A program made the position numbers and the translations under genes. The notes below the pieces were generated by a model, which had not been told where the DNA came from, ran no database searches, and worked only from the letters and a program-made list of their open reading frames with translations. A stretch of 64,000 nt of DNA from an uncultured bacterium (GTDB lineage Bacteria > Bacillota_I > Bacilli_A > RFN20 > CAG-826), in NCBI GenBank assembly GCA_949299195.1, contig CASFZN010000017.1, positions 3,714 through 67,713 of the forward strand, given 5' to 3'. Below are positions 1-8,987 of the stretch, piece by piece; the stretch's first letter is position 1; every line of letters begins with the position of its first letter.

Positions 1-1033
1 TTAAAGCTTCTAAATTTAATTCATCTAAAGTTTCAAATTCAACTCCTCCATGTAATTTTAAGGCTCTAATTGTAGCAACTAAAACTACCATTGATGGGTG
101 TAAATTTCCTTCTTTACATTTAATATCAAAGAATTTTTCAGCTCCTAAATCACTAGCAAATCCAGCCTCCTCAATAACAATTGGAGCTAGTTTTCTTGCG
201 TATGTTGTTCCTATTAAAGAAGCGCAACCATGAGCAATATTTGCAAAAGGTCCTCCATGAACAATAACTGGATTATTTTCTTTTGTTTGAACTAAATTTG
301 GTAAAAGTGCATCTTTCATTAACATAAAAATTGCATCTTCAATTTCTAAATCTTTAAGATAAATAGGTTTATCGTCTAAAGAATATGCAATCAAAATTTT
401 ATTAACTCTTTCGATAAAGTCTTCCTTATCCTTACTTATACATAAAATTGCCATAAGTTCGCTAGCAACTGTAATTTGGAAGTTTTCAGTTCTTCTAATT
501 CCGTTAATAGAGGAGCCAAGTCCAATTTCAACTTCTCTAAGTTCACGATCATTAACATCAAGTGCTCTTTTCCATAAAACACGATCTTTATCGATATTTA
601 ATGGGTTTCCTTGATAAATAGAATTGTCAATTACTGCCGCAATTAAGTTAATGGATGAAGTTAAAGCATGTAAATCACCAGTAAAATGAAGATTAATATC
701 CATTGATGGTTCAATAGAAGCTTTCCCACCACCTGTTGCTCCGCCTTTAAGACCAAAGGTTGGTCCCATAGAAGGTTCTCTTAAAACTGGAATGCACTTT
801 TTATTTAATTTATTTAGTCCATCACATAATGAGATGGTAGTAAAAGTTTTACCTTCACCTGCTTTTGTAGGAGTGATTGCAGTAACTAAAATTAACTTTG
901 AATTCTTATAATCTTCCTTTTCAGTTAATACTTCTTCTTTTATTTTTGCTTTATAGTCGCCATAAAAAACTAAATCATCCTTAGTTAAATCGACCTTTTT
1001 AGCAATTTCTTCAATTCTTTTTAATCCTTCCAT
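1..1033 (-). CDS. fhs: Formate--tetrahydrofolate ligase (5' part; runs off window start)
   Basis: Manual translation from ATG at 1033: MEGLKRIEEIAKKV...YGDYKAKI...LVTAITPTKAGEGKT...LREPSMGPTFGLKGGATGGG...HGGPFANIAHGC, all FTHFS signatures; GGAG SD upstream. Confidence 0.95.
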   Translation of the reverse strand, partial: MEGLKRIEEIAKKVDLTKDDLVFYGDYKAKIKEEVLTEKEDYKNSKLILVTAITPTKAGEGKTFTTISLCDGLNKLNKKCIPVLREPSMGPTFGLKGGATGGGKASIEPSMDINLHFTGDLHALTSSINLIAAVIDNSIYQGNPLNIDKDRVLWKRALDVNDRELREVEIGLGSSINGIRRTENFQITVASELMAILCISKDKEDFIERVNKILIAYSLDDKPIYLKDLEIEDAIFMLMKDALLPNLVQTKENNPVIVHGGPFANIAHGCASLIGTTYARKLAPIVIEEAGFASDLGAEKFFDIKCKEGNLHPSMVVLVATIRALKLHGGVEFETLDELNLEAL

Positions 1034-1052
1034 TTTTAAAACTCTCCTAAAC

Positions 1053-1769
1053 TTATTTTATATCTAAATAATCATTTATAACGAATGCCCCAATTTTTAA
1101 TCCTGCTAAATTTGGGTTAAAGAAACTAGAAGCAATAACATCTTTGTCATTTAGTTCTTCTTTGATAGTTTCTAAAGAAAAAGCGCAATAAACTTTTGAA
1201 ATATCTACTCCTTCTTTTTTGAGTTCATATCTTAATTTTCTACCGAGTTTATCGTTAAAAGACTTATTTAATTTATCAATTATTACATCTTTTAGTAAGA
1301 ATCTTTTTCCCATACCTAACGAAGTAATAATTTTAATATTATGTTCGAGTGCAAATTTAATGAGTACTATTTTAGCCTTAATATCATCAATACAGTCAAC
1401 AATGTAGTCGACATCTTTTAAGATATTTAAATCGAATGAAGCATCTATTTTTAAATTATAGTTTTTAATATTTAAATCAAAATTCATTTTTTCTAACTTT
1501 TCTTTCAAAACATCAGCTTTATATTTATCTAAATCATCTAAATCATACGCAAGCTGACGGTTTAAGTTAGAAATTTCTACATTATCTTTATCTATAAGAA
1601 TCAAATTTTTAACATTGCTCCTTACTAAAGAAATTGGAACAATCGATCCAACTCCTCCTAAGCCAATAACAGCAACCTTAAGATTTTCTAATTTCTTTAT
1701 ATTTTCATTTCCATATAAAGAGATGCTTCTTTGATTAATTTGTTCTTTTTTCATAAAAACACTAATCAT
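1053..1769 (-). CDS. ThiF-family E1-like enzyme, probable tRNA threonylcarbamoyladenosine dehydratase (TcdA-like)
   Basis: GLGGVGS, D..SNLNRQ, DCIDD..AK, 'LGRKLRYELKK' typical of TcdA/CsdL. Confidence 0.75.
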   Translation of the reverse strand: MISVFMKKEQINQRSISLYGNENIKKLENLKVAVIGLGGVGSIVPISLVRSNVKNLILIDKDNVEISNLNRQLAYDLDDLDKYKADVLKEKLEKMNFDLNIKNYNLKIDASFDLNILKDVDYIVDCIDDIKAKIVLIKFALEHNIKIITSLGMGKRFLLKDVIIDKLNKSFNDKLGRKLRYELKKEGVDISKVYCAFSLETIKEELNDKDVIASSFFNPNLAGLKIGAFVINDYLDIK

Positions 1770-1782
1770 AATTATATTTAAT

Positions 1783-1811
1783 TTGACTTGGAAATAATAT
1801 CATTTTATATT
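1783..1811 (+). promoter_or_regulatory. SigA-type promoter of rdgB (leaderless arrangement)
   Basis: TTGACT (1783-1788), 17 bp spacer, TATATT (1806-1811), ATG 8 nt downstream. Confidence 0.6.
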
Positions 1812-1819
1812 TTAAAGGT

Positions 1820-2413
1820 ATGATTGAAATTGTAATTGCGTCCAATAATCTTCATAAAATTAAAGAATATGAAGATATGTTAAGTGAATATAAAGGTAAA
1901 ATTAAATTTTATTCCCTCAAAGACGAAGGAATAAAATCAGATCCTAGTGAAGATGGTACTTCTTATATTGAAAACGCCTTAATTAAGGCAAAAAGTATCG
2001 TTGATAAAACTGATAAATATATCTTAGCTGATGATAGTGGAGTTGAATTTGAAGCTTTAGGAGAACATTTTCCAGGAATTCATACTCATCGATATGCTAT
2101 TGAAAATGGCGGGAATATTAATTTAAATCCAAAATTAGCAAAAGAGATTCCAAACACCAAAGGAACTTTCTTTTGTGCTATCGCTTTAATTACTCCTAAA
2201 AAAGAAATCAAAACTTTCTTAGGAGAAGTTAATGGGAAAGTATCTCCAATTGTAGAAGGCGAACATGGGTTTGGATATGATCCAATATTTATAACTGAAA
2301 ATATGGAACACCCAAACGCTTATTATAGTGAAGAAGTTAAAAACTCAATTTCTCATCGAAGGAAAGCCCTTGATAAGGTTGTAAATTATCTTAAAGAAGA
2401 AGGAATTTTATAA
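1820..2413 (+). CDS. rdgB: Non-canonical purine NTP pyrophosphatase (HAM1/RdgB)
   Basis: ASNNLHKIKE, ENALIKA, ADDSG, GFGYDPIF, SHR motifs. Confidence 0.92.
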   Translation: MIEIVIASNNLHKIKEYEDMLSEYKGKIKFYSLKDEGIKSDPSEDGTSYIENALIKAKSIVDKTDKYILADDSGVEFEALGEHFPGIHTHRYAIENGGNINLNPKLAKEIPNTKGTFFCAIALITPKKEIKTFLGEVNGKVSPIVEGEHGFGYDPIFITENMEHPNAYYSEEVKNSISHRRKALDKVVNYLKEEGIL

Positions 2414-2616
2414 ATAATTCCTCTTTTTTTAAGGGAAAAATGGCTAAAATTAAAAAATAGTGACAACCAGCTGTCACCGAAAACCACCTTTCTTTAAATT
2501 TAATGTGAATAATTTTTTAATTTAAAACGTTTTTATATATAGAATAAAAACAACCTCACTCTTTATACCTTTTTCTATAATTAAAAAACTCCCTAGCTAA
2601 GTAGGGAGCCACTAAT

Positions 2617-3573
2617 TTATTTCATCGTCTTTTTAAAATAAATAATCATGTAAATAAGCGCAAGGCCTAGTGGAATAAAGGCACAATACGTGACAGCGTT
2701 ATTTGCAATATTTAAACCAACAATAAGTAAGATTAAGGCGATTAAAAGTAAAGCGCCTAAGACAATATAGAAAGTTCTAACTTGTTTTTGAAAATTTTTA
2801 TCTGGAACAATAATTTGTTCATCTTCTAATTCAGTTTCTTCTTTTTTAACGATATTGGTATTTAAATATTCGATTTCTTCTTTTTCTTCGTTATAAGTAA
2901 AATCACCTTTATTTACTAAATTAAAAGTTTTCTTTAATTCAGTTGTAACAATTGCCTTATATTTAGAGTAGCGGTCCATAAAACTAGCGTTATCTTCAAA
3001 ATAAGTTGCACGAGATTCTGAATGTAAAAGAGCGAAAACTTCATCAAAATAATCATATAAAGATTTAATGTCCTTTAAGCCCTTAAAATATGGCTTAACA
3101 TATTTTTCATTTATAAAAGAACCATCAACAATAATCTTTTCGTTATAGTATTTAATAAAAATATGGAAGTTTTGAACTAAATCTTTTAAAAATGCTAATA
3201 AAAGATAGGTATTTTCTTTGTCTAATGTAATTTCATGCTCTTCAAAAAGAGGAATGATTTTATCATAGTTAGATTCAGTATAGGTATTTAGATAAAGTAA
3301 ATTTAAACTATATCTAGTCAAAATATCAAAATTATCTGGATCTAAGTTTAATACTTCTTTATAACATTCATTGCTTTCTTTAAATTTTAATCTTGTATAG
3401 TATTTAAAACCTTTTTTAGTCATAGCCGTAATATAACTATTGAGAGTTTTTTTACCATCCATTACTGTAAAATTAAGATCACATTCACTACATTTTACTT
3501 CAATTTCATTCTCTTCATCAGCTCCAAAAACATGCTGACAATTTGGACACATAACTTTAATTTTCATAACCAT
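2617..3573 (-). CDS. Hypothetical membrane-anchored protein: N-terminal Zn-ribbon, TPR-like repeat, two C-terminal TM helices
   Basis: CPNC...CSEC; 'YKEVLNLDPDN' TPR-like; hydrophobic C-terminus; true start probably ATG 3567. Confidence 0.7.
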   Translation of the reverse strand: MVMKIKVMCPNCQHVFGADEENEIEVKCSECDLNFTVMDGKKTLNSYITAMTKKGFKYYTRLKFKESNECYKEVLNLDPDNFDILTRYSLNLLYLNTYTESNYDKIIPLFEEHEITLDKENTYLLLAFLKDLVQNFHIFIKYYNEKIIVDGSFINEKYVKPYFKGLKDIKSLYDYFDEVFALLHSESRATYFEDNASFMDRYSKYKAIVTTELKKTFNLVNKGDFTYNEEKEEIEYLNTNIVKKEETELEDEQIIVPDKNFQKQVRTFYIVLGALLLIALILLIVGLNIANNAVTYCAFIPLGLALIYMIIYFKKTMK

Positions 3574-3661
3574 TATTATAAAGTAAATACTTTTCTTTTC
3601 TACTATTTTTTTATCTATGCATAGATAAAAAGTAGGTATTTATTTTCAATTGACTTTTTAA

Positions 3662-3685
3662 AAGGAGACCAAGACCGGTCTCCTT
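3662..3685 (-). terminator. Probable intrinsic terminator after the M18 peptidase gene
   Basis: Inverted repeat AAGGAGACC-aagacc-GGTCTCCTT. Confidence 0.6.
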
Positions 3686-3710
3686 GTTAAGCATATTAAA
3701 TTATTTACTA

Positions 3711-5090
3711 CTATTTAATATCAGTTAAGAATGCTATATAAGCTTTATATGCTTCATAAACATCAGCTTTAGAAACAATTTCCATTGGTGCGTGCATATT
3801 TAATACAGCAATTCCAGCATCAATAACATTCATGTTGAGGTTAGCTAAAATATAAGCAATCGTTCCTCCTCCGCCTTGATCAACTTTACCGAGTTCTGCG
3901 GTTTGATAAACGATTTCGTGAGTATCTAAAACATTTCTTAATTTAGCAATGAATTCTGGATTAGCATCGTTACATCCGCCTTTTCCTCTACTTCCAGTAT
4001 ATTTATTGAAAACAATACCTTTAGCAAAGAAACAGGAGTTTTTAAGTTCGTTGACTCCAACAAATAATGGGTCAACTGCTGCACTAACATCGCTTGAAAG
4101 CATATATGAATTTGTTAAAGCTTCTCTTAATTTTAAATCATTATAATCTTCAGTTTTTGAGATTAAAGTTGCGATTGTATCTTCGAAGAATCTAGATTGA
4201 GCGCCTGTAGCACCAACACTTCCGATTTCTTCTTTATCAACTAAAATGCAGCAACAAGTTCTTGATGGATTTTCAATTTCTAAAGTTGCCATTAATGAAG
4301 TATAAGCACAGACTCTATCATCGTGACCATATCCAGCAACCATTGATCTATCTAAACCATAGTCTTTAGTTTCGCCAGCCGGAACGATTTCAAGTTCAGC
4401 AGAAAGGAAATCTTCTTCTTCAATATCATATTTTTCTTTTAAAAGTTTTAAGATATTTTCTTTAACTTTATCTTTTTCTTTATCTTTTAAAGGAATTGAA
4501 CCGATAGTAACGTCTAAATTTTCACCTTCAATAACATTAGCAGCTCTCTTTTGGAGTTGTTCTCCTGAAAGATGGATTAAAAGATCTGAAATACCAACAA
4601 CTGGATCATTTGGCTCATCACCAATATTAATATCGACAACTGTGCCATCTTTTTTAACTACAACACCAACAATAGCAAGAGGAATTGTAACCCATTGATA
4701 TTTTTTAACACCACCATAATAGTGAGTATCTAAAAGTGCAAAATCATATGATTCATATAAAGGAACTTGTTTAACATCAAGTCTAGGAGAGTCGATATGA
4801 GCTCCTAAAATATTTAATCCATTTGTTAAAGGTTCAGTTCCGATAATGAATAATGCGATATTTTTCTTTCTATTGATAACATAAACCTTATCGCCTGCTT
4901 TTAATGTTTTAAATTCTTTTAAATCTTTAAAGCCCTTAGCTTCTGCTAATTTAATAGCTTCTTTAACAGCTAATCTTTCGTTTTTTGAATGAGTTAAAAA
5001 GTTTTTATAACCTTCATTAAACTCAAAAATTGGGCCGTGATCTTCATATTTTTCCCAAATATTTTTTTGATACATAATTTCTACCTCCAT
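3711..5090 (-). CDS. M18 family aminopeptidase (ApeA-like)
   Basis: GAHIDSPRLD, GHDDRVC, DKEEIGS, GGGTIA, NMHAPME; true start probably ATG 5075 after GGAGG. Confidence 0.9.
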   Translation of the reverse strand: MEVEIMYQKNIWEKYEDHGPIFEFNEGYKNFLTHSKNERLAVKEAIKLAEAKGFKDLKEFKTLKAGDKVYVINRKKNIALFIIGTEPLTNGLNILGAHIDSPRLDVKQVPLYESYDFALLDTHYYGGVKKYQWVTIPLAIVGVVVKKDGTVVDINIGDEPNDPVVGISDLLIHLSGEQLQKRAANVIEGENLDVTIGSIPLKDKEKDKVKENILKLLKEKYDIEEEDFLSAELEIVPAGETKDYGLDRSMVAGYGHDDRVCAYTSLMATLEIENPSRTCCCILVDKEEIGSVGATGAQSRFFEDTIATLISKTEDYNDLKLREALTNSYMLSSDVSAAVDPLFVGVNELKNSCFFAKGIVFNKYTGSRGKGGCNDANPEFIAKLRNVLDTHEIVYQTAELGKVDQGGGGTIAYILANLNMNVIDAGIAVLNMHAPMEIVSKADVYEAYKAYIAFLTDIK

Positions 5091-5215
5091 TTATAAAATA
5101 ATATTTTCGAAACATTAATTAATATAAATTAATTAAAGAAATTGTCAAATAGAATAATCATTAATTTTTTGCATATTTTTTGCTTTTTATTGACTGAATT
5201 TGTGATAATAAAGCC

Positions 5216-5464
5216 ATGAAACAAGAAAAATTAATATTAAAAGATGAGAATACTAATAAAGAAATTGGATTTGTTCTTTATGAAGTCGATGAAGGAAACA
5301 AAGTTTTAACCATCCTTTCAACCCAAGTCCACCAAGAATATCAAGGTCAAGGCAAAGCCAAGATTTTAATGGAAAATATCGTTAAATTTGCAGTTGAAAG
5401 AGGATATAAAATTGAATCTTTCTGTTCTTATGCGACTAACTATTTATCTAAGAATCCTCTTTAA
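5216..5464 (+). CDS. Small GNAT-family acetyltransferase (YjdJ-like)
   Basis: TQV..EYQGQGKA acetyl-CoA motif and CSYA. Confidence 0.8.
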   Translation: MKQEKLILKDENTNKEIGFVLYEVDEGNKVLTILSTQVHQEYQGQGKAKILMENIVKFAVERGYKIESFCSYATNYLSKNPL

Positions 5465-6270
5465 CCAAGCGAAACATCTAAGATCATCATTACTAAAAAT
5501 CCAAAAATAAACGAAAAGGTCCCAAAATGATTGGTGGAATTTAATTGTGACTCTGGGATTAACTCTTCAATCGTTACATAAATCATTGCTCCAGCACTAA
5601 AAGCTAAAGCATATGGCATAATTCCTTCAATATAATAAGCTAAAACTATACCAATTATCGCTGAAATAGGTTCTACTAAGCCTGAAAGCATTCCATATAA
5701 AAAGGATTTAAAAGTTGTCGTTTCTTCTTTAAAAGGTAAAGCAACCGCAATTCCTTCTGGAAAATTTTGAATACCAATTCCTATAGCAAGCATTAATGCT
5801 GATAAAAACATCGCATCGTTATTAGTATTTATTGCAACTCCAAATGCAATACCTACCGATAAACCTTCTGGAATATTATGAATTGTGACTGCTAAAAGCA
5901 TTTTAGTAGTCTTTTTTAGTTTCCTAGTTTTAACCCCTTCTTCTTCTTCTTCATCATTCTTATTTTTATGAATATGAGGAACTATCTTATCAAGTAAGAA
6001 TAAAAATAAGCATCCTAAGATAAAACCGATAACTACAACCACGACATTAGGAATATTTTTAGGAGTTTGATCTTCTAAAGCTGGAATAATAAGCGAAAAA
6101 ATTGAAGCCGAAATCATAACTCCACTAGCAAATCCTAAAAAGATTTGTTTTAAATTTATAGATAACTGTTTTCTAAAAAAGAATACAGCTGCTGCACCTA
6201 AAGTAGTTGTAAGAAATGTTATAAATACGCCAATAATTGTGTAAATTAGGTTAGTTGTTGATATAGCCAC
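5461..6270 (-). CDS. ZIP family divalent metal transporter (ZupT/GufA-like)
   Basis: GFASGVM, HNIPEGLSVG, QNFPEG, EELIPE; GTG start after AGGAGG. Confidence 0.92.
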   Translation of the reverse strand: MAISTTNLIYTIIGVFITFLTTTLGAAAVFFFRKQLSINLKQIFLGFASGVMISASIFSLIIPALEDQTPKNIPNVVVVVIGFILGCLFLFLLDKIVPHIHKNKNDEEEEEGVKTRKLKKTTKMLLAVTIHNIPEGLSVGIAFGVAINTNNDAMFLSALMLAIGIGIQNFPEGIAVALPFKEETTTFKSFLYGMLSGLVEPISAIIGIVLAYYIEGIMPYALAFSAGAMIYVTIEELIPESQLNSTNHFGTFSFIFGFLVMMILDVSLG

Positions 6271-6287
6271 GATATTCTCCTCCTTTA

Positions 6288-6307
6288 TTGTTAGTTTAAA
6301 CTAACAA
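6288..6307. promoter_or_regulatory. Perfect 20-bp palindrome, candidate DtxR/MntR-family operator for the ZIP gene
   Basis: TTGTTAGTTTAAACTAACAA between the ZIP SD and a minus-strand TTGTCA-17-TAATAT promoter (6311-6339). Confidence 0.6.
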
Positions 6308-6445
6308 AATATATTAATAATAAATTAACTTTTTGACAAGAATTATGCATTCTTAAGCGGTTATTGAAATTGATAGCAAAATACCTTATCATATTTCTCG
6401 TATTTATTTTATTTTAATTTAGAAATTATTGGAGAAGATACATTA

Positions 6446-7579
6446 ATGGACCCGTGGTTGCCCCAAATATTAACTGAAACAAGCAACAGTTATTCAACAG
6501 TATTAGGAATGCCTGATTATGTTGTGTGGATAATTATTGCAATATTATTACTTGTTAGTGGATTATATAGTGCTAGCGAAAATGCATATACAAACTGTAA
6601 TAAATATCATTTTAGAGCCAAAGCAAACAAAGGAAGTTTAACAGCTAAATTAATAGTTAGATTAATTGATAAATTTGATAATACATTAATCACTGTTTTG
6701 GTTGGAAATAATATCATTCAAACCTTCATGTCATTTTTAAGTGCCATGCTTTTTTATAATTTATCGATGGCTTTAGGCTGGAGTGATGGTTTAGAAGCGA
6801 TTCTTTCAACCGTTATTATGGCTGCTTTAGTTTATATTGTTAGTGATACTGTTCCTAAGATTTTATCTAAGGCTATCCCTAATAAAATGGCATATATTTT
6901 AGTATATCCAGTCACCTTTACCTATTATATTCTTTTCCCTATTATCTATATTTTTAAAGGAATATTATTATTAGTTCATAAAATCTTTAAGATTAAAGAT
7001 GATTCCTTATTAAGTAAGGATGATTTAATTCATTCCGCTTCTTTAGCGGTTAATGAAGATGAAGGAATTGATGAAGATAGTAGCGAAGATGAAAAATTAT
7101 TTGAAAACGATGAAGAAAAACTACTTTCAAATGCCTTTAAATTTGATTTATTAAAGGTCAACCAAGTTTATACTCCTATCGAAAAGGTAACAATGTTAAA
7201 TCTAGATGGATTATCAAATAACGAATTAAATAAAAAGTTGATTGATATTCCATATTCAAGAATTCCAGTATATGAAGAAACTACCGATAATATCGTAGGA
7301 ATTTTAGTTGTAAAAAGATATTTTGAAGAATATGTCAAAGATCGTCACTTAGAGATTAGATCAATTTTAGAAGATGCTATTAAAGTAGATATCAATTCCA
7401 ATATCGATGATACTTTTAGAGAATTAAATAAAGAAAAGGTACATTTAGGAATTGTAGTTGATAAAAATAATAACGATAAGTTATTAGGAATTATATCGAT
7501 GCAAGACGTATTAGAAGAGTTAGTCGAAAATATCGATGAAACTCATGATAATAGCGCTAAATTATTGGAGAATAAATAG
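6446..7579 (+). CDS. CNNM/DUF21-CBS membrane protein (CorB/hemolysin family), no C-terminal CorC domain
   Basis: SASENA, VLVGNN, TVPK, YSRIPVY, DVLEELV. Confidence 0.88.
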   Translation: MDPWLPQILTETSNSYSTVLGMPDYVVWIIIAILLLVSGLYSASENAYTNCNKYHFRAKANKGSLTAKLIVRLIDKFDNTLITVLVGNNIIQTFMSFLSAMLFYNLSMALGWSDGLEAILSTVIMAALVYIVSDTVPKILSKAIPNKMAYILVYPVTFTYYILFPIIYIFKGILLLVHKIFKIKDDSLLSKDDLIHSASLAVNEDEGIDEDSSEDEKLFENDEEKLLSNAFKFDLLKVNQVYTPIEKVTMLNLDGLSNNELNKKLIDIPYSRIPVYEETTDNIVGILVVKRYFEEYVKDRHLEIRSILEDAIKVDINSNIDDTFRELNKEKVHLGIVVDKNNNDKLLGIISMQDVLEELVENIDETHDNSAKLLENK

Positions 7580-7581
7580 TT

Positions 7582-8937
7582 ATGAGTAGAGAAGTATTAA
7601 TAATTGTTTATTCGATAACCCTCTTCCTTCTATTAATATGTAGCTTCTTCTTTTCAAGTAGCGACATGGCTTATGGTAGTTTAGATCTTTTACGTTTTGA
7701 AAAAGAACAAAATAAAACTAGAAGAGGATTTAAAAGAGCCTATAAATTATCAAAAAATTACGATAATACAATTTCAACAATTCTTTTATTAAATGATACC
7801 GTTAATGCAGGTCTTGACTCTATTTCAACCCTTTTAGGTGTTAATTTAGCCTTCCTTATTTTAGGAAATAACTATCCTAATATCGAAACTGTTGCAGAAA
7901 ACTGGGGTTTAATTGCTTCAATGATCTGTTTAGTTACTAAGATTATTTTTGGAGAAATTGTCGCTAAAAGTATTGGTAAAATTTATAACTATCGTTTTGC
8001 TTTAGGAAATTCGTTTACTATCACTATTTTAAGTTATATTTTCTATCCTATAACATTCTTAGTTAGTGGATTTGGCAAAATCATAACTTATCCAATTACT
8101 AGAGCATCAAAAGATATTAAAATTGTTGAAGAAGATCTTCACGAAATGGTTAATGAAATTGAAAATCAAGGTAGTGTCGACGAAAAACAAGCTTCTCTTC
8201 TTCATGATGCAATTTATTATACAACTACTAAAGCCTATGAAATCATGACTCCTAGAGTTGATATTTATGCGATAGATATCGAAGATAATTTAGTTGATAT
8301 TATTAAAGATAGCAATCTATTTAAATATAGTAGAGTTCCAGTTTATGAAGATACAATCGATAATATTATTGGTTATGTTTATACTAAAGCCTTAATGTTA
8401 GCGGTTTTAAGTAAAAAGAAGGTTGATTTAAGAAGTTTACTTAAAGAACCTCTTAGATTCCCTCGTTCGATCGAAATTAATGAAATCTTAAAAACTTTCA
8501 AAAAAGAAAAACAACATTTCGCTCTTGTTATTGATGAATATGGTGGAATTGAAGGCTTACTTACTATGGAAGATATTTTAGAAGAATTAGTCGGTGATAT
8601 TTGGGATGAAAACGATGAAAAAGATGTTGAAATTTCTTCTCAAAGAAAAGATGGAAGTTATGTTATTGATGGTGGATTAAATCTTGAAGACTTCTGTAAC
8701 TTATTCGATTTAGATTATGATGAACTTGATACGGAATACGTTACAATCGGAGGCTTCATTATCGAACTTTTAGATGATAAATTCGCTAATGTTGGCGATA
8801 TAGTTACCTATAAAGATGTCGAAATGGAAATCTTGTCTGTTGATAAAAACATGGTAATTGATAAACTTCTTGCTCGTAAGATTGATAAGGAAGAGGAAGA
8901 AAATAAAGATAAAGATGAAGAAACTAAAAAGGACTAG
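7582..8937 (+). CDS. CNNM/DUF21-CBS-CorC membrane protein (CorB/hemolysin family)
   Basis: FGEIVAKS, IMTPRVD, YSRVPVY, DEYGGIEGLLTMEDILEELVGDI, TIGGFI. Confidence 0.9.
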   Translation: MSREVLIIVYSITLFLLLICSFFFSSSDMAYGSLDLLRFEKEQNKTRRGFKRAYKLSKNYDNTISTILLLNDTVNAGLDSISTLLGVNLAFLILGNNYPNIETVAENWGLIASMICLVTKIIFGEIVAKSIGKIYNYRFALGNSFTITILSYIFYPITFLVSGFGKIITYPITRASKDIKIVEEDLHEMVNEIENQGSVDEKQASLLHDAIYYTTTKAYEIMTPRVDIYAIDIEDNLVDIIKDSNLFKYSRVPVYEDTIDNIIGYVYTKALMLAVLSKKKVDLRSLLKEPLRFPRSIEINEILKTFKKEKQHFALVIDEYGGIEGLLTMEDILEELVGDIWDENDEKDVEISSQRKDGSYVIDGGLNLEDFCNLFDLDYDELDTEYVTIGGFIIELLDDKFANVGDIVTYKDVEMEILSVDKNMVIDKLLARKIDKEEEENKDKDEETKKD

Positions 8938-8953
8938 AGATAATTCTCTAGTC
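8932..8953. terminator. Intrinsic terminator between convergent genes
   Basis: GACTAGAGA-taat-TCTCTAGTC followed by T-run. Confidence 0.65.
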
Positions 8954-8987
8954 GCTTTTTTATAGTCTACTATTTTAAACGTTCTAT

